Positions 16,221 through 24,637 of a stretch of DNA of 32,000 nucleotides are shown one piece after another. Within the stretch, counting starts at the first letter, position 1; every line of letters begins with the position of its first letter. A program made the position numbers and the translations under genes. Source of the stretch: an uncultured archaeon (GTDB lineage Archaea > Iainarchaeota > Iainarchaeia > Iainarchaeales > DATDZZ01); the NCBI GenBank assembly GCA_964373795.1, contig CAYJVY010000009.1:30241-62240 (forward strand), given 5' to 3'. The notes below the pieces were generated by a model. The model saw nothing but the letters and a program-made list of their open reading frames with translations. It was not told the origin of the DNA and did no database searches.

Positions 16221-16682
16221 ATGGGTTTTAAGTCTGAAGACGAAAAGAAACTGCAAAAACTCACTTCTTATGCATGGGTTTTAGTATTAATTTTTATTTT
16301 ACTTGCAGTAACTTTGTTTTTTACTGGATTTAAGTTAGTTAAACCAAAACCTAAATGCATTGATTTCCCTGAATATTTAGTTTATGAAAAGCATTCTTTG
16401 AATGACAAAGGAGAGTTTTCTTTAGCTTTAACTAGTTCAAAAAACTTGACTCTGAGTTCAATAGAACTTGATGGAGAATTGCTTGTTTTAGCTGATAAAA
16501 GCAAAAGCGTTGTTTCAGAAATAGCATTAACTAAAGACAAAAGCACCGAAATTAATGCTCTTGGATCGCCTCAAAAACAAGAAGAAAAAGAGTATTCAAA
16601 ACAACTTAGATTAACTTATTTTTTTGAAGGCGAGAATAGAAAAATTGTTTCAATTGCTTCTTGCACTGGAGTAATTGAATAA
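16221..16682 (+). CDS. pilin-like paralog lacking the QxALE processing motif
   Basis: 153 aa. It has a longer charged leader and then a TM helix (YAWVLVLIFILLAVTLFF). It shares the bracketing Cys pair (KPKCIDFP ... IASCTGVIE) and the length of the two pilins. Confidence 0.5.
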   Translation: MGFKSEDEKKLQKLTSYAWVLVLIFILLAVTLFFTGFKLVKPKPKCIDFPEYLVYEKHSLNDKGEFSLALTSSKNLTLSSIELDGELLVLADKSKSVVSEIALTKDKSTEINALGSPQKQEEKEYSKQLRLTYFFEGENRKIVSIASCTGVIE

Positions 16683-16689
16683 CTCTGCC

Positions 16690-16722
16690 CTTTTCTTTTT
16701 CTTTAAAAAAGAAAAAGAAAAG
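16690..16722. terminator. perfect 12-bp inverted repeat between convergent genes
   Basis: cttttctttttc (16690-16701) and gaaaaagaaaag (16711-22) are separated by tttaaaaaa. The hairpin lies between the stop codons of 16221..16682(+) and 16819..17817(-). Confidence 0.5.
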
Positions 16723-16800
16723 TGTAAGTTGCCCAAAAGAAAGAGAAAGGAAAATGTAAGTTGCGCAAAAGAAAGAAAAGTGTAAATTGTCCCACAAAAG
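16711..16800. repeat. three tandem 28-32 bp direct repeats
   Basis: Copies are gaaaaagaaaagtgtaagttgcccaaaa (16711-38), gaaagagaaaggaaaatgtaagttgcgcaaaa (16739-70) and gaaagaaaagtgtaaattgtcccacaaaag (16771-800). Confidence 0.65.
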
Positions 16801-16818
16801 AATGCCCTTGATTTGGGT

Positions 16819-17817
16819 TTAAGTGAGTAAGCCTGCGAAAAAGAATAAGAATAATTCTCTTACTACAATGAATACTGTTAGTGAAACAATTAGTATTGGA
16901 ATAAAGTATTTTAATCCTGTTTTTTCTTTTCCTGAATTTATTACTCCAATTGTCATGCTTGCAAAAATGCTTCCAACGAATAACACTAAATATGCAAAGA
17001 ATAAAACAAATTCTGGATCTATTCCTCCACCTGAACCTGTTACTATTGGCACTGGGCTTTTGCTTAAAGCTTCTGGATTAATTCCTTCTCCAATGCCTGC
17101 TGTTTGAGCTGTAAGAGCTTGAACAATGAAAGTACTAATTCCTAAAAGAAATGGCCCTCCAAAAGCCGAGCCAAAAAAAATCAATAAAACATACATTGAA
17201 ATGTTTGATTTAATTTCTGATTGAACTGATCTTTGTTGTCTTAAATCATTTGAAAGCTGTACAAGCAAGTCAGCTATTTGTCCTCCACTGCTAACTCCTT
17301 TTGAAATAAGCCAAACAGTTCTTTCCAAGATTTTTGACTTAATTTGGTTGGGTAATTCAAGTAAAGCTGTTTCAATTCTTTCTCCTGCTAAAATTTTTTG
17401 AGTTGCTTTTTTTAATTCTCGTTCTAATGCACCAAATTCCGGGCGAGATGCAATTAGTAAAGCTCTTTCAGTTGTTAATCCTGACTTAATATGTGACGCA
17501 ATTAATTGAAGCGCGTCAGGTAAAATGTTTTCAACAAATTTTCCATTTGATTCAGCTGAAAGATCCATCCAATAATAAGGCAAGGCAAAGATTATTATAC
17601 TTAAAATAATGAATGACAGTAAAAAGAATGGCAGGCTTAATTCAAATAATAAAAATAAATTAATTGTTAAAATAAATCCTAAAATCAAGCTAAAAATAGT
17701 TAAAAAGCCTACAAATATTTCTTCATCTCCTCTAAAATCCATGAATTCAAATTCTCTTTTAAATGCGTTCAAAATATTTTTTGGCAGTATTTTTCCAATT
17801 TTTTTGTAGTAACTCAT
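16819..17817 (-). CDS. type IV pilus platform protein, TadB/FlaJ-half (T2SSF domain)
   Basis: 332 aa. N-terminal TM pair, then a cytoplasmic helical domain (LQLIASHIKSGLTTERALLIAS...ILAGERIETALLELP...ISKGVSSGGQIADLLVQLSNDLR), then C-terminal TM helices. Confidence 0.8.
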   Translation of the reverse strand: MSYYKKIGKILPKNILNAFKREFEFMDFRGDEEIFVGFLTIFSLILGFILTINLFLLFELSLPFFLLSFIILSIIIFALPYYWMDLSAESNGKFVENILPDALQLIASHIKSGLTTERALLIASRPEFGALERELKKATQKILAGERIETALLELPNQIKSKILERTVWLISKGVSSGGQIADLLVQLSNDLRQQRSVQSEIKSNISMYVLLIFFGSAFGGPFLLGISTFIVQALTAQTAGIGEGINPEALSKSPVPIVTGSGGGIDPEFVLFFAYLVLFVGSIFASMTIGVINSGKEKTGLKYFIPILIVSLTVFIVVRELFLFFFAGLLT

Positions 17818-17828
17818 TTAACTCACTT

Positions 17829-18719
17829 TTAATCTGAAATTAAATTTGGTCTAGCAGATTTCATCATTCCAAGGTACATGAATTGAGAAATTATAATGAA
17901 TGCTAATAAAATCCAAAAAACTATTTCACCTATTTTTACTTGAGGAAAAGAACTTAACACAATTAAAAAAGTTATTCCAAGAGAAGGAATTATTACTCCT
18001 AACATCATGTAAACCAATGAAAGTAACTTCATTTTAGATCCGTATTCATTTATTTGAACTGTTTGTTCTTTAACCATTGAATCAACTATTTCAGCTAAAA
18101 CAACAGTTATTTCTGCTCCAGATCTTAGTCCTGTGACTATTTGATCAATGCTTCTTCTAAAAAAATATGAAGGCGTTTCTTCACCCATTTCTTTTAAAGC
18201 AGTGTCTTCTGGTTCTCCGCTATTGATTTTGTTTATAAGTGTTTTGAATTCATTTGTTAATTGTCCATAATCTCCTTCTGCTACAACACTTAGTGAATCA
18301 AATAATGTTACGCCTGATTTTAATTGAACAAGCATTGTTCTTAATGCAAACACTAAACTTTTTTCAATTTCTCTAACCTTTTTTTTAACTAAAATTGTTG
18401 GATAAAAAATTACTTGAATGAAAATTAGTAATGCAAAAAAAAACCCGCCTGCAAATGAAAGAACAATCATTTGTTCAGGAAAATATTTTGAAGAAATTAA
18501 TAAAATAAATGCTGCTGCAAAAGAAAAGTAAAAAATTGTTAAAATTAATGTAATTGCACAGTATTCTTTTACTTCAAATTTTAGTTTTGCTTGCTTTAAT
18601 TTTAGTTCTAGATCTGGAAAAATTGAAGTAATTAAAAAACTTAATCCGTAAAATTTTGGCGCAATTTTTTTAAGAAGTTTAATTGGAATTGGATTGAATG
18701 GAATTAATTCTGGATTCAT
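17829..18719 (-). CDS. type IV pilus platform protein, TadC/FlaJ-half (T2SSF domain)
   Basis: 296 aa with the same architecture: LVFALRTMLVQLKSGVTLFDSL...INSGEPEDTALKEMGEETPS...IVTGLRSGAEITVVLAEI, flanked by TM helices. The platform is split into two genes, as in Tad-type systems. Confidence 0.8.
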   Translation of the reverse strand: MNPELIPFNPIPIKLLKKIAPKFYGLSFLITSIFPDLELKLKQAKLKFEVKEYCAITLILTIFYFSFAAAFILLISSKYFPEQMIVLSFAGGFFFALLIFIQVIFYPTILVKKKVREIEKSLVFALRTMLVQLKSGVTLFDSLSVVAEGDYGQLTNEFKTLINKINSGEPEDTALKEMGEETPSYFFRRSIDQIVTGLRSGAEITVVLAEIVDSMVKEQTVQINEYGSKMKLLSLVYMMLGVIIPSLGITFLIVLSSFPQVKIGEIVFWILLAFIIISQFMYLGMMKSARPNLISD

Positions 18720-18725
18720 TTTGAT

Positions 18726-20249
18726 TCACTTTTTTGTTTTGGCTTCTTCTTTTTTTGGCTTTAAATCTTTTTCAACCATTTTAATTACTTCATTTTCATC
18801 CATGTAGTATTGAGCCATTATTTTTCCAACGTCTTGAATTGAGTGAATGTCTTTTTTTACAAGCCATTCTAGAATTGCTTGCTTTGTTTTTAATTCTTTT
18901 TTCATTTCATCTAATGTTAGCCCTGTATGCAATGATAATTCGTCAAATAATCTAATGCTTTGAGTGTGTTGAGTTATAGAGTCAATTGAAGGCTTCCACC
19001 TGTATAATACATTTGCTTTAACTACTTCTTGTCCATCTCCTCTTCTTTCTGGAATGAATTCAGCTAATTGAAGAATTCTTCTTGCACCAATTCTTCTGTT
19101 TCTAAACATTACTACATTTAAGTGAACTGCTTCAAGCATGGCTGCAGGAATATTTACTGGAGGACTAGTTAACCTACTAATTGTTTCATCTGCAGTGTTT
19201 GCATGCACGCTTGTATAAACTGAGTGACCTGTATGCATTGCTTCAAACATTACTTCTGCTTCTCTTTGTCTTCTAATTTCTCCTACAATTATCCTGTCAG
19301 GCCTCATTCTAAGAGAGTTAACTAATAAGTCAAGCATTGAAACTTCTCCTTTTCCTTCAGGGTTTGGTTCTCGAGTAGTTAATGGCACCCAATGAAGATA
19401 TTCAGGCAAGGTTAATTCTCTTGTGTCTTCAATTGTTAAAACTCTGTGATTTGGTTGAATAAAAGGCAAGCAAATTCCCATCATTGTTGTTTTCCCTGAA
19501 GCCGTTCCCCCACTAAAAATAATGTTTAATTCAAATTGCATTGCAAGCCAAATTAAACTCATTATTTCAGAGTTAACAGTGTTGTTTCTAATTAAATCTG
19601 TTACAGTCCAAGGATCTCTTCTAAATCTTCTAATAGTAATAGTGTTTCCTTTAGTTGAAATAGGAAATAAAGTTGCATTTGCTCTGTCTCCTGTAACTAA
19701 ATGCGCATCAAGTAATGGATTTAAAATTGTTATTTGTTTTCCTACCCTTCTAGCAATAATGCTTGAATAGTTTTGAATCTCTGATTCAGGTGAAATGAAT
19801 ACATTTGTTTTAAGCCAAGAATATTTTTTATGATAAACCCATACAGGTTCTTTTGAAGCATTTACAACTATTTCTTCCAAGTCTTTATCAGCTAAAAGGA
19901 ATTCAATTTGTCCTAATCCAAGCATTTCGTTTAACAAAATAGCTATTAATGAATTAGTTTTTTCATTTGACATGTTTGGCAAGTTTTTTTGCAACACATT
20001 TAATGCTTTTTCCTTGAATTGTTCTCGTATTTTTGAAATAAATTTTGGGTCAATAATTTTTTCTGAATGAACTGGGATTTCTAAAATAATTGATTGCTTT
20101 AAATTGTCAAGCAATGCTTTTGTTCCAGGGCCAAAATCAGGGGTACTTAAAACATAGCTTCTAACGAATTCATTTTTTTCTTCAACAATGTTTACATCTA
20201 ATTTAAGGTTTTCAAACCCTATTTCATAGGTTTCAATTACTTTAACCAT
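18726..20249 (-). CDS. type II/IV secretion-family ATPase (TadA/ArlI/PilB-like)
   Basis: Walker A SGGTASGKTT, Asp box LTIEDTRELTL, Walker B RPDRIIVGEIR and His box TGHSVYTSVHA, plus an N-terminal domain typical of archaeal pilus/archaellum ATPases. Confidence 0.9.
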   Translation of the reverse strand: MVKVIETYEIGFENLKLDVNIVEEKNEFVRSYVLSTPDFGPGTKALLDNLKQSIILEIPVHSEKIIDPKFISKIREQFKEKALNVLQKNLPNMSNEKTNSLIAILLNEMLGLGQIEFLLADKDLEEIVVNASKEPVWVYHKKYSWLKTNVFISPESEIQNYSSIIARRVGKQITILNPLLDAHLVTGDRANATLFPISTKGNTITIRRFRRDPWTVTDLIRNNTVNSEIMSLIWLAMQFELNIIFSGGTASGKTTMMGICLPFIQPNHRVLTIEDTRELTLPEYLHWVPLTTREPNPEGKGEVSMLDLLVNSLRMRPDRIIVGEIRRQREAEVMFEAMHTGHSVYTSVHANTADETISRLTSPPVNIPAAMLEAVHLNVVMFRNRRIGARRILQLAEFIPERRGDGQEVVKANVLYRWKPSIDSITQHTQSIRLFDELSLHTGLTLDEMKKELKTKQAILEWLVKKDIHSIQDVGKIMAQYYMDENEVIKMVEKDLKPKKEEAKTKK

Positions 20250-20263
20250 TTTTTCAACCTCGT

Positions 20264-21700
20264 TTATTTTTTTTCATCCTCTATATTTACTTCAAGCGCC
20301 AATAAAATTGGTTCGCCTATGGGAGGATAATTTATTTTAATTAAATTATTTTCCTCTAAAACTTCTGCAATAACTGTAATTCTTTCACTTGGCAAGTTAA
20401 GTTCTTTTACTGCATCGCTTAATTTGATTTTTCCATTTTTTTTAACCAACAATAACACCTTGTCAAAATCTGTTGAAATTGTTTCTTTTTCTAAATTTTT
20501 TTCTACTCCTTTAAATTTTTCTTCTTTTTTAATTGTTCCAATGACTGATGAATCCAGTGAAACAACTAATGGTTCATGGATTTTTTCTCTTTTAGTTTCA
20601 GGTTTTGTGTCTTCAACTACTTTTCCTAAGCTAAGTTTTCCTTCTGGTTTAAAATCAGTTAACCTTTTTCCACTTAATGGCTTGGTTTTTGTTTCCTTTA
20701 AAGCCTTTGGCTTGTCTTCTTCATATTGCATTTCTTTTATTTCTTTTTCAATTTCTTCTTGGGTTTTTACTTCCGCTTTTTTTACTGCCTGTTTTTCTAC
20801 TTGAATTGGTTGTCTTTTAATTTCTTCTTTTACTGCTGCAGCTATTTCTTTAGCCATTACTGAAACTTTTTTACTTGAAGTTCTTCTTTTTTGTGACTCT
20901 ATCTCTAATGGCGCGTTAATTACTTCTTTTTTTATTTCTTCTTCACTTGGAATTACTTGTTTTATTCCTGTTTTAAATTCTTTTTTCCCTAGTTCCAGTA
21001 ACATATTTTTTTGTCTGTATTGAATTAATTGTTGTCTTAATTCGGTTGTTTCGGAATCTTTTAGTTTTATTTTTTCTTTTAACTCATGGGTTTGGTTTTT
21101 GAGTTTTTCTAATTCGTTTTTTGTTTTTTCGTAATCTCTTTTTAACTTCATATAAGATTTGTTAATACTTGCAACATTTGGATTTGCTTTAAACTCTTTT
21201 TCAGCTTTAACTGTTTTAGGTAGCAATTCTTTTTTTCTAAAATTCAGTAAATTAATTTTTTGCTTGTATTCAAGCATTTTATTATTATAAGCAGTTTGTT
21301 TTCCATGGCTTCTTAAATACTCTACTTCTAATCCTAAAATTAATGCTTTAGTTTCTTTTATCTCTTTTTCATAGTCTTCAATTGATTTATTTTTCTTTTG
21401 AATTTTGTTATAAATTTGAATTGGTTTTCCTTTTGGTTTAATTTTCATTCCATGACTTAATGCTTTTTTTTCTAGTTTTGAAATCTTTTTTTTAATATTT
21501 TTTTCAGCTTCTTTGGAAGTTGATTTCCTTTTCTTTTCATTTTTAATATTTTTTTCAATTTCTTTTTCTTCTTCTTTTTTTTCTTGTTTTTCTTGAATTT
21601 GATTGGTTTCATTTGAAATTGTTGTTTCTTTTTTTAATCCAATTAAGCTTAGAAGTTGTTCTATAAAACCATTTTTAGGTTTTTCATTTGTTTCAGGCAT
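20264..21700 (-). CDS. 478-aa Lys/Glu-rich coiled-coil protein with C-terminal winged-helix-like domain
   Basis: The N-terminus has an amphipathic GFIEQLLSLIGLKK. About 380 aa are K/E-rich low-complexity or coiled coil. The C-terminal ~70 aa (FDKVLLLVKKNGKIKLSDAVKELNLPSERITVIAEVLEENNLIKINYP) look like a wHTH. It lies immediately upstream of the ATPase. Confidence 0.6.
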   Translation of the reverse strand: MPETNEKPKNGFIEQLLSLIGLKKETTISNETNQIQEKQEKKEEEKEIEKNIKNEKKRKSTSKEAEKNIKKKISKLEKKALSHGMKIKPKGKPIQIYNKIQKKNKSIEDYEKEIKETKALILGLEVEYLRSHGKQTAYNNKMLEYKQKINLLNFRKKELLPKTVKAEKEFKANPNVASINKSYMKLKRDYEKTKNELEKLKNQTHELKEKIKLKDSETTELRQQLIQYRQKNMLLELGKKEFKTGIKQVIPSEEEIKKEVINAPLEIESQKRRTSSKKVSVMAKEIAAAVKEEIKRQPIQVEKQAVKKAEVKTQEEIEKEIKEMQYEEDKPKALKETKTKPLSGKRLTDFKPEGKLSLGKVVEDTKPETKREKIHEPLVVSLDSSVIGTIKKEEKFKGVEKNLEKETISTDFDKVLLLVKKNGKIKLSDAVKELNLPSERITVIAEVLEENNLIKINYPPIGEPILLALEVNIEDEKK

Positions 21701-21753
21701 ATTCTCACTGTATTTAATAAGTTTTTGTGGTATTTATTTCTTTTCAATTAAAT

Positions 21754-22632
21754 CTATGATTTTTCTGTTCTTAATTCATGGTCTCTTACTTTAATGAATG
21801 TATTTGGTAGTCTAATATGTGGAGCAGCATTAGCATCATCTCCAAAATCTATTCCTGACATTAAGTCAACTCCAACTGAATTGTTGTTTGTAATAGTTAA
21901 CTTGCTGTTGTCAAAAACTATTTCAATATCGTTTCCTGATTCCCCTGAAGTATTAATTGTTATTGTAAACTTTTTTGAAGCATCAATGTTTGTAAAGGAA
22001 ACATTTGTTTCAGGAATTTTGTTGCTATTTCTAACAATTAATTCAATGTTTAATGCTTTTAAGCAATTATTACAAGTTGGCACGGAAGCCGGATTTGTTT
22101 GAATTGATTCATAGGATTGATTTTGCAGAGTTAAATCTAAAAAATATGAATTAAAATCTAGTCTGCTTGGAGAATAAATTATTGAATTGTTTATTCTTTT
22201 TCCTTGAGTGAAAACATTTGGATGGCTTACATTAAAATCGTATGGCTCCACTATTAAATCGAGTGAATCATTTAAGTTGTAGGATAAGTTTACATCTAAA
22301 TTGTCTTTATATCCTTCAAGAAATAAATTGTAATTATCTAAATATATTTTAAGGTTAGTAAATTTGTTGTCTTCTTTTTTCTTTGAAAGAGTTTCAGTTA
22401 AAGCAATTGTTGTAGGAGTTTTATTTATCTTTAATGCAGAGACATTTTCTAAAATGTCTTGGAAATTATCTTCAATGTTTTCATATTTCATTGAAACATT
22501 GTCTATTCCTATTATGTCTTTTTTGAATGCGTCTGCTTGTTTAACGTTTTCTTTAACTATTTGACTTAACTGTAATACAACTAACGCTAGAATTAAAACT
22601 GAAAACGTTAACAATAACCCTTTACTATTCAT
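21754..22632 (-). CDS. class III signal-peptide (pilin-like) protein, ~292 aa
   Basis: I prefer the internal ATG at 22632 (MNSKGLLLTFSVLILALVVLQLS) over the ORF-track start at 22659. This leaves an 8-nt overlap with the upstream gene. The extracellular part is Asn-rich with many N-x-S/T sequons. Confidence 0.6.
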   Translation of the reverse strand: MNSKGLLLTFSVLILALVVLQLSQIVKENVKQADAFKKDIIGIDNVSMKYENIEDNFQDILENVSALKINKTPTTIALTETLSKKKEDNKFTNLKIYLDNYNLFLEGYKDNLDVNLSYNLNDSLDLIVEPYDFNVSHPNVFTQGKRINNSIIYSPSRLDFNSYFLDLTLQNQSYESIQTNPASVPTCNNCLKALNIELIVRNSNKIPETNVSFTNIDASKKFTITINTSGESGNDIEIVFDNSKLTITNNNSVGVDLMSGIDFGDDANAAPHIRLPNTFIKVRDHELRTEKS

Positions 22633-23062
22633 TTTTAATCCACGCCCAATATTCTGCATTATAGTACTTGCTTATTTCATTGTCTTTAAATGCTAAAAAT
22701 AATCTTCTTCCTTTTACTACGTCTTTATCAGTTAAATTAATTGAAGTAAAACCTAGATTTAATTCATTTTTTTTCTTGAATTCGTTTCCTGAAAACTCGA
22801 ATTCTTCTATTTTCATTTTCCATTGAAATTGAATTGGCATTACTGCATTAATTTCTTTTTCAATTTCAGTTCCATCAAGTTTTTGAAGAACTCCTTTTGA
22901 ATCCAAAATGCTTAGCGAATCATTCATTATTCTTTTTAATGAAACAGTGTTAAATGAATCTGTTGTTGATCCAAACAAGGAATGAGTTAAAACCGCAAAA
23001 ATTGTTATAGTTAGAAAAACTGCCATGAATGCATCTAAACTAAACACATATCCTTTTTTCAT
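22625..23062 (-). CDS. class III signal-peptide (minor pilin-like) protein, 145 aa
   Basis: MKKG/YVFSLDAFMAVFLTITIFAVL: a short basic leader, Gly, an acidic residue at about +5/+6, and a hydrophobic helix. Confidence 0.6.
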   Translation of the reverse strand: MKKGYVFSLDAFMAVFLTITIFAVLTHSLFGSTTDSFNTVSLKRIMNDSLSILDSKGVLQKLDGTEIEKEINAVMPIQFQWKMKIEEFEFSGNEFKKKNELNLGFTSINLTDKDVVKGRRLFLAFKDNEISKYYNAEYWAWIKNE

Positions 23063-23066
23063 TTCA

Positions 23067-23567
23067 TCAACTCTTGAATAATGTTAAATTTAGTTTTGCT
23101 GGTTTTCCATTTAATTCAATAATTCTTTGAGTTGAAATAGAGTATTTAGGGTTAGTAATTGTTACTCCTTTTTCAAAAACTGTTTGAAAGTCTTGCTCGA
23201 TTTTAAGATAGTAATCGTATTGAGGAATTAGCATTTTTTCTTTTGATTTATTGTAATCCATTGAAGCAAGTTTGTTTAACTTGCTTTGATTTAAAACTCT
23301 TTTTTCATTGACTAATCCAATTGAATTAATTTGATTTAAATCCAGGTTTTGCCAATTTGATGGATTGCCTGTTGTTAAAGTTAAAATGTTTGAAGAATTA
23401 AATAAATTTGACTCCATTTTAATTAATGTTTTTTCCTCTGAAACTGCATTAATATGATTATTTAATGAAATCAGTAAATAAAAAATTAATACAAGAAATA
23501 TAACTAAAGCAAATAATAAGTCATACATTATTGCCTGGCCTTTTTCTTTGCTTGACTTGTTAAGCAT
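23067..23567 (-). CDS. class III signal-peptide (minor pilin-like) protein, 166 aa
   Basis: MLNKSSKEKG/QAIMYDLLFALVIFLVLIFYLL. It overlaps the upstream gene by 8 nt (ATGCTTAA), consistent with translational coupling. Confidence 0.6.
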   Translation of the reverse strand: MLNKSSKEKGQAIMYDLLFALVIFLVLIFYLLISLNNHINAVSEEKTLIKMESNLFNSSNILTLTTGNPSNWQNLDLNQINSIGLVNEKRVLNQSKLNKLASMDYNKSKEKMLIPQYDYYLKIEQDFQTVFEKGVTITNPKYSISTQRIIELNGKPAKLNLTLFKS

Positions 23568-24633
23568 TTGATAACACTATCCTTCCATCAATATTTTCTA
23601 CTGTTATTTTTCCAGTAAACGTTAATGGTTCTACTACAATTCCTGAATAATTGCAAGTATTAGAAGTGACATTTGTTAAACTAACAATGCTGTATTGTTT
23701 AATGAATTCAATTGCTACATCTGTAAAGCTTTCCCCTGATCTTGCTCCTTGAAAAGTAGTATCAAAGTCAGAGAAATAAGAAACTTTTCCAAGGCCATAC
23801 TTCCATTGAGCAATTGCATGCCTTGTTGGCACAAGAGTATTGCAATTAGAGGAAGTGCAAAAAGTTGCAATTACATCTGCTTGATTTGGAGGAATAATTG
23901 CTCCATTATCTGCTACTCTTATTTTATCTTCAATTCTTAAATTAAAATCTGGGTTTGGTTGAACAACTTTTGCATAATAATATGTTGCATCTTTAATGTA
24001 AGTTGCTCCTCCAAAAATAGGGAATAAAGTGTTTACATCGTTTTTATTAAAAATGTGTTCTGATACAATTAACTTTCCGCCATTAAATGTAAAGTTTTCC
24101 ATTGTTGCAAGATAATTTTTATTCATGTGAGCGTCTTCAAAAATTACTACATCATAATTATTAATTGCATTCATTAATTGTTGAATGTCTCCAATTGCTC
24201 CATTAGTGTTATTCATGCAAAGCTGTTGTCCGCCAGCAGTTCTATACAAGTAAATGTTTAAATCAGTTCGAGTTTTCAAAGACCTGTATAAAAAGGCATC
24301 TTCTTCTGGGCCACAATTAATGTAATAAGCAATGTCTCCAAATCTATTAACGTCAATGTTTTGTGATTCAGTTATTTCAATTTGTCCTTTTGAATCAATT
24401 CTTACAGCATAATTATCTATTGAACCATTCCATTTTGTTCCAGGTCCTGAAGCATAAACATTTGAAATAACATCAGATAATTCTTGGCAAACATTTTCTT
24501 TTTTCCATTCACTGTCAATTCCTTGAAGATTAGCTCTGTGTTGGTTTGCAATTAATCCAATTGAAAGAAAAACAAGCATTGTTATTCCAACTGCAATACT
24601 CATTTCCAAAGATACTTGAGCTTTTAAATTCAT
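23560..24633 (-). CDS. class III signal-peptide protein, ~357 aa, large extracellular domain
   Basis: I prefer ATG 24633 (MNLKA/QVSLEMSIAVGITMLVFLSIGLI), which lies 4 nt after the TGA of the upstream gene. It shares the post-helix motif VYASGPGTK with the 681-aa protein (VYSLGPGSK). Confidence 0.6.
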   Translation of the reverse strand: MNLKAQVSLEMSIAVGITMLVFLSIGLIANQHRANLQGIDSEWKKENVCQELSDVISNVYASGPGTKWNGSIDNYAVRIDSKGQIEITESQNIDVNRFGDIAYYINCGPEEDAFLYRSLKTRTDLNIYLYRTAGGQQLCMNNTNGAIGDIQQLMNAINNYDVVIFEDAHMNKNYLATMENFTFNGGKLIVSEHIFNKNDVNTLFPIFGGATYIKDATYYYAKVVQPNPDFNLRIEDKIRVADNGAIIPPNQADVIATFCTSSNCNTLVPTRHAIAQWKYGLGKVSYFSDFDTTFQGARSGESFTDVAIEFIKQYSIVSLTNVTSNTCNYSGIVVEPLTFTGKITVENIDGRIVLSNA

Positions 24634-24637
24634 TTTC

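Noticed and set aside
16711-16800. Tandem repeats as a mini-CRISPR array
   Set aside because: The three units directly abut with no unique spacers. They are A-rich and imperfect, and no cas genes are nearby.
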